Counted from the stretch's first letter, positions 1-13,819 are shown. The stretch is DNA of 64,000 nucleotides from Paraspadella gotoi (GCA_051294375.1 CM119269.1:1752537-1816536); one strand, 5' to 3'. Translations and numbers: made by a program. Notes: generated by a model not told the origin, from the sequence alone.

Positions 1-143
1 ATGATAATATGATCTTGTGGTGGACACAATCTCCATTTTTATAATCTCATCGACTGAAGAAACAATAAGAACCATTCATATTGTATTAAGATAGATACAA
101 ACTAATTGCAACTCCCGACCGGCCACTCCGGCTCTCCCACAAG

Positions 144-3100
144 GCCTCCTCGTCCCATGGATCGGCAACGTGCCTCTCTTCGCGACGCTCCGCTTCTTCG
201 TCGGCGCGTCTCTCGCTGGCGCCGGATCCGTCAAACTCTGGGTGACGGAGGTGACGCCGTTTCAGCGGCGGACGGGGGCGTTGGTGGCGATGGACGCGGC
301 GCTCTTCCTCTCCGTCGCTGGATTCTTCTTTATCGGCAGCGTCGTCTGCAACTGGAGGGCGTTCTGTCTCTGTCTCGCTTTGATCCCTTTTCTCTCGGTT
401 CCGTTTTCTTGTTCGACGGGTGAGTCAGTTCTGGTTGGGTCGTCCTTGAGATCTTCGTCATCGTTATTGTTCTCATTGTTGTCCAACTTTTTATTGTTTT
501 TGTTCGTTGTTGTTATCCGCCTCATGAATTACGTTTTTATCTTTCCCTATTCCGATCTTTTGGATGGCAATAGTCCTCGGCAGCAGGGATGTGGAGCCGA
601 CCTAATTTTGTCTCGGCAGTATATTTAATTAAAAATCGATTTGCTCTATTTTCCAGAATATATCTGTCGGGATAGTTGTCCTGATCTTTTTATCTTTGTC
701 AATATAAAATACCTATCTGTCAAATATTTTTTATCGTACATCATCGTTCGTTCTCCTTAATCACCCTGGGATAATTTTTTGGGGGGGTTCTACTAATTAA
801 GTTATTAAAAATTCTTAGTTACTAAAGGTTCAAAAGTTTATATGTGTAGTTAAAATTGGCAGAGGCAAAAAAAGACAAAAAAGGTGAAAACTACTAATTA
901 ACTTTGTGGGGAAAAAAATGATTCTACGGAAATGGAATAGTAAGATGAGAACCATAATGCGAAAAGGAAAAGGTACAGAATGAAAACTAATAAACTATGC
1001 TCAGTGGGTGCGGGGAGCAAATATACTACTGAGATTCTGTCACTGACATTAATCTTTATGAATACAAATTGACCTCTTTCCCAGTGAAAATTATTTAACT
1101 TTGTCATAAAAATATTTCAAAAAAGTTAACGTCACCTTGAATTTAAATTTAATCTCCGGGCAATTTCATAATCCTCGACTTTTATATCTTTTTATTTCGC
1201 GAACAACATAATTTCACTAGGATTCTATATTAACTCCTCCCCGTCCCGGGCGCCTTCCCGCCATTCCTACCCCCCCTATAGCGGAGAGCTTCAAGTGGCT
1301 GGAGAGTCGCGACGACTTCGGTCTTTATCCCCGAGTCCTCGCGCGGTTCGTCGAGGAAGACGACGACCCCTCCGTGGCCGTGCGGACACGGACCTTCAAG
1401 CTGAGCGAGAAGGATCGGCGGACGAGGACGTACAACGTCGAGGACGAGGACCTTCTGCTACAAAGGTCCGGGCGGGTGGATGGGTCCTGAGTTCGAATTC
1501 CCCTTTGGACCGGTTGTTTCGAAGTGGGACAGTTCCGGTGACTTTGCCTCCGATAAATAATTATTGAGTTGACATTAACTTCGCGGTTATCCGAGTCATG
1601 AGACTTGTCCCAGTTTGAACGGGAACGCCTTTTCTTTTCCTCCATTTTCTTTTGGCTGTAAGTGACACTTTTCATCGAATAATCAATTTGGTGTTCTGTC
1701 ATTTTCTTCTCGGGTAATTGTCATGGCCTTTACTTTCGTCTGATTTTCTCACTCACCCATGACAGTCGGAAACCTCAAAGTTTTACAATCACTACCAATC
1801 ATCCTCTTTTTTTTTGCTGAAACGCTTTTTTATTCAACGTGTTTCGGTTTATCTAGATGTTCCAGTTTTTGTTCCACCCCCAGTTTTTATTCCTCCCCTA
1901 GATCCAACCCTCAACGCCCGAAATGCGTGTCTGCTGTCCCCACGACCACGAATCACATGCGACGCTTGAACCGGGCCGCCGCCGACAAGGCGCCCCTAGC
2001 GGCGTTCGTTGTCGCGTCGGGCGTCGCGCAACTGACGGCGGCGACGGCGATTGCTCTTTTGTTAGGTAATAAAGAATAATGTTCTTGGGGCGGTGAGAGA
2101 TAGCCGATAGCCAAGGCGAAGCACAAATTGTTTATTTTGCTGTACGGGTTCGTTGACAGTAAAAGGCCGTTTTTGGACGGGCTGAGAAAGGTCTAGAGTC
2201 TATGGCCTAGTATCTAGTAAAGAAAAAGAAAAGGGAGAGTAATCTCCAAGAAAAGCAAAAGCTCAATCTACAAAAAGATCAAAGAAATGGTAAAACAAAA
2301 TGGCAAAGAAATAAATAGAAATGGCATCGCCATTTCTCTTCAATTTAAATTAGAAAAAAGGTAGTCTAGCTACACATTCACTATCGCCACCTGACTGAGT
2401 TGGCGTAGGAGTGAGAATTCTCTCTTCCCACCAAGCGGACTTGGGTTCTCGCCCCATTGATGCCAATGCTAGTAAGCGGGATGGGACGTCAAGCCCACCT
2501 TTAGTGGCGGACTACAGTCAGATCCGAACTAAAGTAGATCAATAAATTTATTTTTGACATATTAAAGACGGACCGATTTTAAATTCTTTTTATAGACATT
2601 GTCTTCTCATACAGAATAAAACTTAATGAAATTTTACCCGCAATAACGATACACACGAGGCAATATTTTACCGAGTAAAAAACCTTTGGGGGAAAAAAAG
2701 GTTACAGTGTGGCAGTTATTAATAACTGCCACAACAGGTAATTTTTTTATTCCAAATCGCAAAATCGTTGCTCACAAAAGGAAAAGCGGTTGTTTTTTTT
2801 TGCGCTGAAAAGAAGAAAAGCCGACGTCTTTTTTTCAATTAACGATCCTCTTAAGTTTCATCAGCCCCCCTCTGATTTCCTCTAATTTCAAAAATTCTTT
2901 ATTCAGGTTTGACGACTTTTAATTTATTTTCAGGTGAGAATTCTCAGAGTGAAAGAAGAAAAAAAAAACCAAAAGAGAAAGAAAGAGCAATCGACAAAAT
3001 TATTTCTTTTACTTTTTAATCTCGTCGCCCCACCGTCGCCCCGCCCCCATTACCCGACAGCCTCCTCCCACTTTCCGGTGCCGGACGAAGCCGTCCCCCC

Positions 3101-5242
3101 GGCGTCCGGCTTCTCGGAAGCGGCGATCGTCCGGCGGATTAGTCTTTACGTTTTGCCGGGACTTCTCTTTCTCTCCGCCCTCCTTCATTGGATCCTCGCG
3201 TTGAAAGGAGGAAGGATCAGACCGTTCGTGGCCAGCGCCGCTTTGCTCGGACTATTCTTGGGTAACGCATCGATTGGGTTTGTGTCAGTGTCACTGTCAA
3301 TGTCACTGTAAATGTCAATGTCAGTGTCAATGTCAGTGTCACTGTCACTGTCAATATCACTGTCGGTGATAAAGTTGTAAAAGGAGTTTTTAAATTGTTT
3401 CATTGTTGAATGTGGTCAAGAATTTTTAAATCGTCAAAAGTTATTTTATCATTTTGTTTTTTTATAAATAATTTATTAAATTATGAATTTTATTTTCTTT
3501 ACCCACAAACAAAATAATTAAATGGGAAAAAAAATTTATACCGTTAAACTTTTTTTTTCGTTGATTAAATTAAAATTTAAGATAGAAGAAAAAGTTTCAT
3601 TAATTAATGTCGCTTAAAATAATTATAACGCGACTACGTAATTTCTATTATCTTCCGGGGACATTTATTCGATCTTTTGTCTCTGTTTTTTTTTTTTTAC
3701 AAAGTCGTCGCTATTCAATCCGGCGTCGTTACTAATTGGACTAACGTTAGCCAATCAGACCAGTCCCACAAAAGTTTTATGTCATTTTTTTCCCTCTTGA
3801 CAGGAACAACTTTCGCTGTTAAATACTGTTATGATCTCAAATTAATCCGAGAACCCACAACGCTGCACATTGCGAAGGCTTTGGAACTGTTGACGACATT
3901 TTTCGCGGCGCTGAGTTTACAAAGCGCGAGAATGCTGGAACTGGAATCATTCCCGGGTGAATGAAAGGAATCAAAGTTTGAGCAAACAATGCCGGATCTG
4001 CCCACGGCGAGCGGCTGATCAGATAATTAATTAATTAATATTAATTTTTTTTTTATTATTTGCGTCGAAATCGTTTTCCACTTTGTCTCGCCTCTCAATC
4101 ACAAAGCAACAACCTTTGAGGTACTTGGCGTTCAAAGCTAACGGGGGACGGACGGACAGATGGATAGACATCAATTTTTTTTGGGATAATATATCGTAAT
4201 TCTATATTCTGAGATGATATAAATGACTTACCGACAAGATTTTGGTGTGGGACCGACCGACAGACAAAGTGAATTATAGAGCCGGAATCTGCAGTAAGCA
4301 GATCCGGCTAAAAAGCCAAATGAAAAAAAAAAAGAAATAAAAAAGAACAAAAATGATAAAAACTCTTTTATCTCTCAGTTCAATACCGCGGGGTCATATC
4401 CGGTTTAATCGGTTCTCTTCGGTGGATTTCTCTTCTCGGCGTTTTGTTTATCGTCCATTTCTCCATAGGAGACGAACTGGTAAAAGCAGACGTTGCCACA
4501 TACAAACATACATACATACATACATACATAGATACATACTCTCGGAGTGAATAATCTCGACTTTGAGAAAATCGTGATCGAAAGCCCCCCTGGGCCCTCC
4601 CTCAATTCAGGTCCGGTTGATTTCGGCGGTGGCGGTGGGCGTGATCGTCTTCGTCAGCGGCGCCTGTCATCTCCGCTTCGCCAACATGGCGCGGCGCCCT
4701 CTGCCGCAAGACGCTGACGATTTTCAGTTCGCGATGGACGCGTACGGACGCCAAACCGCGCGAGCCTTTCGTTGTTGTCCCCGGAGAGTAAGGGGCAGAT
4801 CCTGGAGTTGATTTGTTTGCGGTTACGGTACTTTTGATTTTTTTTTCCCCGCCAAATGTGTTTTGTTTATTGTTGAGCGGTTTTTTTTTATGTTCGTTTG
4901 TTTAACTATCTCTTTTTTTTTTCTTTTACTTTTTGCACAACGAATCTGCTCGAAAGTATCAGTCAAATATTGTCCCTTTTAATTTGCATGCCGTTTGTCT
5001 CGGAGATAGAGGAGTTCCGTTGAAACTTTAAACTAGTACAGAGACAAGCTTGTGCAAAAGCTTGGTCCCCGTCTATTTTTGACTATCGGCCACGCTCCAA
5101 TTTTCAGGACTTCTACGATTTTGAAGAAACGCGGCGAATGTCCCAAAAATCCGAAGAGGGTATCGTGAGATCGTGCACGCTGAAGCAGATGACTACTTCG
5201 AGCGCCAAGTTGCTGAAACACACCTCCTTCAATCGACTTTGA
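144..5242 (+). CDS. SLC22-like / sugar-porter MFS transporter, 5'-partial, about 8 exons
   Basis: GT-AG exons at about 144-419, 1281-1465, 1903-2065, 3061-3261, 3804-3956, 4379-4479, 4611-4787 and 5108-5242 join in frame. They give hydrophobic helices with divergent MFS motifs: LRFFVG..WVTEVTP..RR, NWR, AESFKWL (PESPRWL-like), KGGRIRP, LESFPVQYRG (ELFPT.R-like) and RRPLPQD. The last exon is less certain. Confidence 0.75.
2398..2465 (+). pseudogene. Degenerate tRNA-Gly-like sequence or SINE head (intronic)
   Basis: TGGCGTAGGAG (A-box-like), AGAATTCTC..TTCCCAC (resembles the tRNA-Gly anticodon arm) and GGGTTCTCGCC (B-box-like). The stems pair poorly. Confidence 0.3.
3282..3366. repeat. (GTCA(A/G/C)T)n hexamer microsatellite
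   Basis: Tandem gtcagt/gtcact/gtcaat units in an intron. Confidence 0.85.
4143..4313 (+). mobile_element. DINE-1/Helentron-like non-autonomous element remnant
   Basis: GACG/GACA microsatellite, then GACAGACAAAGTG, then a 3' stem-loop AGCCGGAATCTGC-agtaa-GCAGATCCGGCT (4280-4309) followed by an A-run. A related sequence lies at about 52733-52890. Confidence 0.5.
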
Positions 5243-5978
5243 CAATATTTTAACAAGATTCAATTACGTAAAAGTTCTTGTTTAAACGATTTATTATTTA
5301 ACAACTTTTCGTGCAAAACCCATAACCCTTTGTATCAATGTATTGAATTCGGGGCTTTTTTCCAATTGCTTTTCATTGTTGCCTTAGAATAAACACCCTA
5401 CTTGCCTGGCTCTCTCCGTTTAATAGGAGCATGGAAACGTTTTTGGTTAAGTAAACAGCAGTTTCATATCGCTCCAGCTTATGTGGCCCTACTAGGCTCT
5501 TACCCAATGCTCCGTAGCTAGTATATTGCTCTCTAGGTTTCTTCGGTGATAAAAGAAAATGAGTTGTAATATTTTTAAAATGCTTCTTTATTAGTGAATA
5601 AATACTGCGTGATCATCGATTTCGTAAGGTGGTTCAATGCTTGTTGGTTTGATTTCCATAAAAAACGAGTGACAACAAAATTCGAGAGTAAATAATTGAC
5701 ACAACATGTGGCTAAATTAAGAGTAAAACGTGACCAACGGTGATTGTAAAATGTAACAAAGATAACGAGTTGTTTTCTCGACAAGAGCTGGACCATGGAT
5801 AACCGGTGGTCCAATCTTGATCGGCCTCACAATACGTTGACGCATCGTGAGGCAAATTCGCAACAAAGGAAAGAAAAAAAAAATAAATACAAAATGTTAC
5901 AGATTTGTTTTAGTTTTCTGATATATTTTGTTTTCATGATTAGATTTTGTTCCGGTTTGATTTTGGCCGCATCATCTT

Positions 5979-5984
5979 TTTATT
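5979..5984 (-). terminator. Polyadenylation signal AATAAA of the myosin gene
   Basis: Minus-strand AATAAA about 30 nt after the TGA at 6013. Confidence 0.6.
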
Positions 5985-6012
5985 CTTCAAGATTGTATTG
6001 AGATGAATTGAA

Positions 6013-7244
6013 TCACTTCTTTCCCTTCTTAAGCTTGTAGGTGACGTAGGAGTGAAGCTTGTAATGCATCTTGACCAAAGCTCCAACGTTCTCAGGATCC
6101 ACCTGAAAAAATTAGATTTCGTGTAGACTTGATGTTGCGACTGTTTAAAAACTTATTTGCATTGGAAATTTGACTAAAAAAACCAAGTATTATTCCGAAT
6201 TCGATTTTTAATGTCTTACTTGAAATCCTTCTTTCTCCAGGTAAGAAGCTCTTGCAAGGGAAGTAGTGATGTCGGATTGAATGGTCTGTCAAAAAAAAAA
6301 TAAATGAAAGAATTTGAAAAAATTAAAAGTATATCTTAAAATAGTATTAATCATAGTTCGACTTATGACCAAAGAAAATTCACTGCAACACGGTTTTCTT
6401 AGATCAAGTAACTATGGTGAGTAAGCCGTATAAAAAGTCTACAATTGCAGAATTAAGTGCCATTTCAAGATAATTATTACGTGAACGATTTGCAACTAGA
6501 CTTGGTCCTTTACTTTTGCTGCACTCATCTTTCTCAAATAAAAAATCGTCCGTTACTTGATCTAGTCAAACCTTTTTTTTAAATAAAACACTTCAATTTA
6601 AAAAAAAAAATAGTTTGAATTTTTTTAAGCTTTTTTTACCTAACATTTAAAGACGGAGAAAAGCTTGGTGATTCGAGGTGGTAAATTTAACAGCCTGAAA
6701 TAATTTTAATTTTTTTTTTTAATGTCTAAAATTTTTACTGATTAAAGCGATAAAACAGATTTCATTTTTTATTAATAGATGCAAAATTCTTTGGGTCCTA
6801 TGCCTGGTTCTTACCAAACTGTATGAAACCTGTTTTATCTTTCATTATATTTTTACTAAGAGAGGGGAATTAAAAATAGCAAAGACAAGTTAAAAAAAAG
6901 AAAAAACGTAATTCGGTCATATTTTTCCGATTTGGAAACTCGTTCTTTATTCCACATCTTGGCACTACTCTCTATTTTTTAAAGCCATCCTCAAATTAAA
7001 CCCAATTTTAATTTTTTAAAGTTTAGCTAAGGTTTTCATTGTGCAGCAAGAGTAAGAACCAAGCATTAATTTATTTTCCGAACAACCTTGATAATTTATT
7101 CCGTTCGTCAAAAACAATTACGGCCTACTCATCAATATACCAATATATATTTTTGAAAATTAAAACGATGAATTATACAGAAAAAACTGAATTGATTGTT
7201 TTTAAATTACGTGGAAAAATAGAGCAAGAAAGGGGGAAAAGGGT

Positions 7245-7301
<57 letters not shown>

Positions 7302-10300
7302 AGAGAAGAGAGAGAGAGAGAGTGGAAAGACACGGAGCCAGGCAGTGAAAGAGAGACAGAGAAGATAAAGGAGCGAAAAAGACAAGAGACAGTGATTCCA
7401 AATCATGTGCGAAACTCACGGAAATGGTGGACCACATCTCCCTCTTCTCGACGAGAAGAGCGGCGGCCTTCTTGTCGAGGGCGGCGATGGAGTCGGCCAC
7501 GACGGTGATGTTGCCCTTCATCGCGGTCTTCTCGGCCTCGAGAGAGATCGCCTTCGTCTTCAGCTTTTGGTAGCCTGAGGAGAGAGAACGAGAAAGTTCG
7601 TTCCAATTGTTTACTTTGTTTTTTTTAGATTCTAGTTTAATAAATAATCATGCAGTTGTTCTTTGATTTTTCTTTCTTTCTTTCCTTTCTATTTTACAGA
7701 AATAGTATATCGAAGCAGTAAACAAAGCAAACATCATTAGTATTAGTTGCGCCAACACCAGTTAAAAAATACAACGTGAACGACTTCATTCTGGCTCCGC
7801 AAAAAGAGAAAACAAAGTCCGACGACAACAAAAACAAAAATAAAAACAACCTGACGGCGTAGCAACAGCAACTTCCTCCTCAAACTGACACCAGTGCTGT
7901 CAACGGCGTTTTGACTCACCTCCGGAAGTGGCCTCAACCTTGGCCTTGGTCGCGGAGAGCTCCCTGGAGACCTCTTCCTTGGTCTTCGTGAGCGAAGCCT
8001 TCGTGTTCTGCATCTGAGACTTGAGGCTGGACCTGTGAATCGAAGAGGAAGAGGAAGAGTGGAGGGACGGAAAAAAGTGGGGCTTCAGAGATGCGATCCA
8101 AGTTTTGATTCGTTATATTTAAAAATAAAAGCTGAATATAATTTAATAACCTTTAATCATCCTCGTTCAATTTCTAAAAGATACGATAAGAGATAAAAAA
8201 AAAAAGAAAACATCATTTCAAACTAGTGACTTTCGATAACAATATAGCCTAACTACGACCAGATATGTAGGTGCAAGGTATGCTTTTCTCTTCTAATGAA
8301 AATTTTCACGATAAAACCTTACCTCTCGTTGTCGATGGCGGAAGTCACGCTGGCCAGGTAAGAGGCGGCGGACTCTGCGGCGGCCTCAGCGGCTCTGATC
8401 TCATCCGCCTGCGTGCCGGCGTACTCGCCGAGGAAGGACATCTCCTCGCGGATGGCGGCGGCCTTGGCGCGAGAGGCGTCGTTGGCGGCCTTGAAGGATA
8501 CGGAATACGAAAGGTGGCGATGAGAACCTGCGGCTTCTTTGGTTCGGAAGTGGAGTCGAATCTCCTTTCGACACTCACCTGGGCGGCTTCGCGCTCGAGA
8601 GCAGCCTGGGCGAGGATCGCCTGGAACTTGGCCAGGCCCTCGGCCATCTGCTTGCGGCGCTCCTCCTCGGCCAGCTTCTTCTTGAGGACGGTGAGCTCGC
8701 TCTTGATCATGGTGTAGAACTGGTACCAGGCCCAATCCTGGAGAGAAGGGAATGGATGATTAAAATAATTTTAAAAATTTAATTTGAAAGGCTCTTTCCA
8801 CAAATCATCCAACCCTGCAGTTGTAGTAGAGGCGAATGTTCCTCTGGATCGAAGAGATCGACTTCTTCTCGGATATCTTCTCCTGGTACTTGACGTGGAC
8901 GAGCACGCGGCGACACTGGCACTGCATCTTGACAAAGATCTTCGCCAAGGCGCCCTCGCGGATCTCCTCCAGTTGGGATAACATACCGGCGCGGAACATG
9001 ATCTGAAAAGTGAGGTTAAGTGATCGTTAACATATGAAAGACTAACTTGAAGTAAAAACGACAGGCTGGAAAGCATTTTCGGTACTTACCTTGGTCTTGC
9101 CGCAACGGAAAGAGTCGGGGTCCATGCCGGACTGAACCAGAGACTTCTGGGCGCAGTTCTTGGGGTCGTCCTTCATGTCCGAGAAGATCTTGGGAGCGAT
9201 GATGGAGTAGCGCACCATGAAATCGGCGTGGGGGACCTGGAGGAATGAATGCAGAACATATTTGAAATATGAAGAGGTCGACATGCTACATCATCGTCAA
9301 CATCATCGTCTTCGTATAACTGAACCTTGTTGGGCAGACCCAACATGCAAATACGGATGCCCTCCAGCACGCCGTTGCAGTTGAGCTGATGCATGACGAG
9401 GGGAGCGTCGATGTAGCCAGACTTTTTAATCTCGTTGGGGATAATGCAGCGCACAAAGTGAGGGTGAGTCGAGTGCAAGTTGTGCATCAACTTGTGCAGT
9501 GACTCCCTGATGTTGATAAAAAGAAATGGAACTTAATAAAATATCTTTGTGCAATGAGCTATGTGATAATCGCTCAGTAATCTACTAATCATCGAATGAG
9601 ACTTAAACAAAACGTTTGCGGTTACCTGTGGGCAGCGGAGATGGTCATCATGGAAGCACCCTTCTTCTTAGTGCCATCATCCTTCTCTTGGAAGACAAGA
9701 GCGACGACAGGGTTTCCGGCTGAACCCATCATTCCGGTCACGGCCTCGTTGACGGGATCCTTGTTCTTAAAGAGCCAGCCGGTGACATTGTAGCCGACGG
9801 TTCCGGCGTAGTGATGGATCTCGAAGTGAGCCTCGGGCTTACCCTTCTTGGCAGGCTTGGGCTTACCGAAGGACTTGTGCTTGCCCAAGTGCTTGCCCAT
9901 CATCTTCTCCAGGTAGGTCTTGTCGGTGGCCTTGGGCACGATGCACTCCTCCTCCAACATGGCGAGGATGCCCATCTTCTTCTCGATGAGCTCGATGGTG
10001 ACGACCAAGTCCATGCCGAAGTCGACGAAGTTCCACTGGATGCCCTCACGCTTGTACTCTTCCTGCTCCTCAACGAACATGTGGTGGTTAAAGAACTGCT
10101 GCAGGCGCTCGTTGGTGTAGTTGATAAGCAGCTGCTCCAGCACGTTGAGCTCAAAGATCTCGAAACCTTTGGAAGTAGAGAATAATGACGTTGTGGCGGT
10201 ATATTCACACCACCTCATGTTCATGTACAGATTAGAACAATTCTTTTTATGAATTTATATTTAGTAGTAGTAGTAAATCAGTTTGTCAATGTGATCTGGT

Positions 10301-13256
10301 GACTCACCGGCGATGTCCAAGACACCAATAAAGTTCTTCCTCGGGTTGGGGGTGTCGAGAGAATCGTTGACCAAGCGGACGATCCAGTCGAACATCCTGG
10401 CAAAGAGGGACTTGGACGTGGCGGAGACCGAGAAGGAGACCTTGAAGTTTTGGAGTGACCAATTTGTTAAGTAAATCAAGTTCAAATGTTTAGATATACG
10501 TACATGTAACGAAGCATGTAAAAAAAGAAACGGCTTACCTGGTCCAAGTTCTGACCCTTCTTGACGAAATCCTTGCCGACCTTCAACTTGGGCTTCATGA
10601 ATGTGTCGACGAACCAATCGGCCTCGATGCAGAGCAGATCGGCCGCCTGAAAACAAAAAAAATTTCGATCGCATTTGTCGAAAATAATTCTCGGTTCAAT
10701 AATTTCGCTTCGTAACGAACCCTGGAGATGAACTCCATGCCATCGGGTTCGGCCTGCTCCTCGCGTCCCTTCATCTTCCACTTCTGGTTTCCCATGTAGC
10801 AAATGGCGATGGTGCCCTGTTTGTTTGTGGGGAAGTGGTAGGGGCGTTTTTAGATTCGAGATGGATTGGATTTAAGATTAAACTGACTCATGAAGAAAAG
10901 TGTGGACTGTGGAGGCGTGGAAGTATCATCCACAATCACCTTGAAGAGACCGTCCTTGTCGTCCTGAGTGAAACCGAGAATGTCGAAGGCCTCGTCGGTG
11001 GCCTGCATCTCAGCCTTGTCGTCCATCTTGTCGACGGTCAAGACACCCTGGAATTCAATAATTCAATTGTAGACACTGATTTGTCTCTTTCACGTAGGTA
11101 AATGAAAAATATATTTTTTAATATATAATCATACTTATACCTAATAAAACTTTGGTGGTTTCGATCTATGCATTATTTGATTTAGTATTAAGCTCTATTA
11201 TATCAATAAATACTTATATTAAAAAAATTAATATTAATATTAAAAATTTTATTTTTAAACATAATGTTTTTATACACTTTTTTTTATTTCATAATATTCG
11301 AAATAAGCTCATTTCATTTGAAAAACGCCTATTTTTTATATAAATATATTATTTTTAATTTTTAAATAAAAAAGCGGTAAAAGTTACTGAAACTAGAAAA
11401 GGTTTTGGCGACCTATTCATTTTCCAACATGGCAGCTGCCTTAACTCACCTGGTTGATGAAGTAGTAGTCTCCGGGGTGAGGCTTGTCTCCCAACAGACA
11501 CATGCCATGGTACTTGGGGTAAGCGTCGGTCATGATCTGGTAGAAGATGTGGTAGTTCCTCTCGATCTCCAGCTGGAAGGTGATGCGAGACTTCTCCAGC
11601 AGGTAAGTCTCGATATCGGCGGCGGCGATCTTGGACGTCGGACCGAAGTGGATACGGATAAACTTTCCCTGAAGAGGCGCAAAATGAGTATTTTTTACAA
11701 CACTTAAGAGTGGAAAAAAAAAAAAACCCCGTAAAACAAGAGTCTGAAACTCAATAACAGAAAAGCAGGAAATAAAATAACTACTAAATACTCACGAATC
11801 GGGAGGAGTTGTTGTTCCTGACGGTCTTGGCGTTACCGTAGGACTCCAGAGGAGTGTTGGCTCTGGACAATCTGGTCCTCAAGGGATCCCATCTTGCCCG
11901 ATGTGTCGGCCTTGGACTTGGCGGCCTGAAGATGATAGGGATCGTTTAGAATGAGAAAGGACACAATGCAAATGGAAGACATTTAAAATTAAAAAAAATC
12001 AAAGGAACCAACCTTGGGGTCGGCGCAGTTTAGAGCGTAGTACTGCAGCACCTTCTTTGTGTTCTCCGTCTTTCCGGCACCAGACTCGCCGGTAATGAGA
12101 GATGACTGGTTCTTGCATTCTGCAGAATAAAAGGCGTAGTGATTATTGGTAAGTCGCCTCCACATTATCGTTAATAGTTCGGATTAGTTATCATACAATT
12201 ATCAAGTGTAGCAATATTGGTATCATTAATGAAGTTAAAGCTCACTCTACGGTTTCACTCTTTGGTTACTGGTTAATTTTAGAACTAGTAATCATTTAAT
12301 TAGATATTTTAATCAAAACTTATTCGCCCTTCGCGTGACTCACCCATCTCCAGAAGCTGCAGCGCTCCGTCAGCGACGGCGTAGAGATGCGGCGGGGCGT
12401 CGGTCCTCCTCCTGTTCCTGTAATGAGCTCTCATGACGGGCGTGTACACCATGAGCCACTTGTAGGGGTTGATACAGATACAGAAAAGACCCGAATAGGT
12501 GTAGATCTGAAGGCACTGGTAACGGCTCTTCAAGTTGTGCAAGACGCAGGCTCTGGAAAGAAAAAGAAAGACAGAAATTAAAGATACGTGGATAAAAAAT
12601 AAGAAAATATTAAAAGAAAGATAAAAAAGGAAACATTCAATTCTCCAATATTTAAAAAAATGAATATACTTGTTGAGAATGGACAAGTTCGACATATCTT
12701 CCTCCTTCTCGAACTTTGGTGGGTTGCAATCCAGAATCTCGGCCTTGGGCAGAGTGCTCGACTGGGGGAAGTAAGTGTGTTGAAAGAGGGAAGAGAAAGA
12801 GGGGAAAAGTTAGCGGTTGAATATATTAAATATAATTATACTCAAAATTTAAAAGGCCAAATAAATAGAATAAAATTTTAACATTTTTTTAAAAGTTTAA
12901 TCAATTAATAAGACGTCTTCTCGGCTAATCTGTCGGCGGATGAAAAGTAAACTCACCCCCTTGGCGGTTTGAACTTCGAACTTATCCCCGCCGCCGCCAG
13001 TGATTTTGCCCCTGACGTAGACTTCGTCGGGGTCGGAGATCCAGCACTCCGTCTGAATTTATAATGAATTATAATGATTTATAAACGAATTAGGCTATAA
13101 TTAATGATAGGTGAAAAAAAAAGAAAAAGTAAATAAAGGATGATCCGAGGAAACCTTGGGATCGAAGGGGACCGATCTTTCGGCCATCAGTTGTTCGCCC
13201 GGAGACTGGAGCCAGATCCAGTCCGGATGTTTCGGGGACAACCTCTCCTCAGGCAT
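6013..13256 (-). CDS. Class II (striated-muscle-type) myosin heavy chain with a short ~210-aa tail; about 20 coding exons, about 1045 aa; one apparent +1 frameshift near 11862
   Basis: ATG at 13256 ([13 protein letters not shown]). Motifs: [30 protein letters not shown]-loop GESGAGKT, switch I NNNSSRF, switch [46 protein letters not shown], two IQ-like segments and DWAWYQ. The last exon 6102-6013 ends KLKKGKK*. Confidence 0.9.
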
Positions 13257-13819
13257 GGTTGTTGTTGTTGTAGTGAAAAAGGATGAGGATTAAGCGAAAA
13301 CCTGGAGGAATCGGAAGAGAACATTGTCAAAGTCGGTCGCGTAAAAAGTCACATGAAATTTTATTTAAAAAAAAAAAATTTCACAAAGTTTTTATCACTT
13401 GATTTCGAAAATAAAAAAATTGCAAGATTACTAGTTTTACTATATTTTTTATTTAAAAAAAAATAAAAATAAATGTAAAAAAAAAGTTACCTTTAGGTTT
13501 TGTTTCTCAGGTTTTGCTGTTGGAAATGACCCTGTCGAAAAAAAACAAAAAAACTCAACCTTAATCGATGTAAAAATAATATTTTGTTTGAAAATATTTC
13601 TACTAAATCGTAGAATCGTTTTGACTTTGATTTAAACCGCATGAACCATCATCGAAAGAGACGTGAGTTTCTCCTTTTGTTCCTTTGTTTTATTTATCAA
13701 ACTCATAATCAATCAATCAAAAAATTAAAAATTAAACAAAAAAGATAGAAGAAAAGCCGTGATACGCACCCCTCGGTTGTGGAGATGTGGCGGTTGAGGT
13801 CGAAGCTCGAGGGTCGGCC

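Noticed and set aside
3704-3745. Possible extra transporter exon VVAIQSGVVTNWTN
   Set aside because: Its donor phase is incompatible with the next exon and would create a stop.
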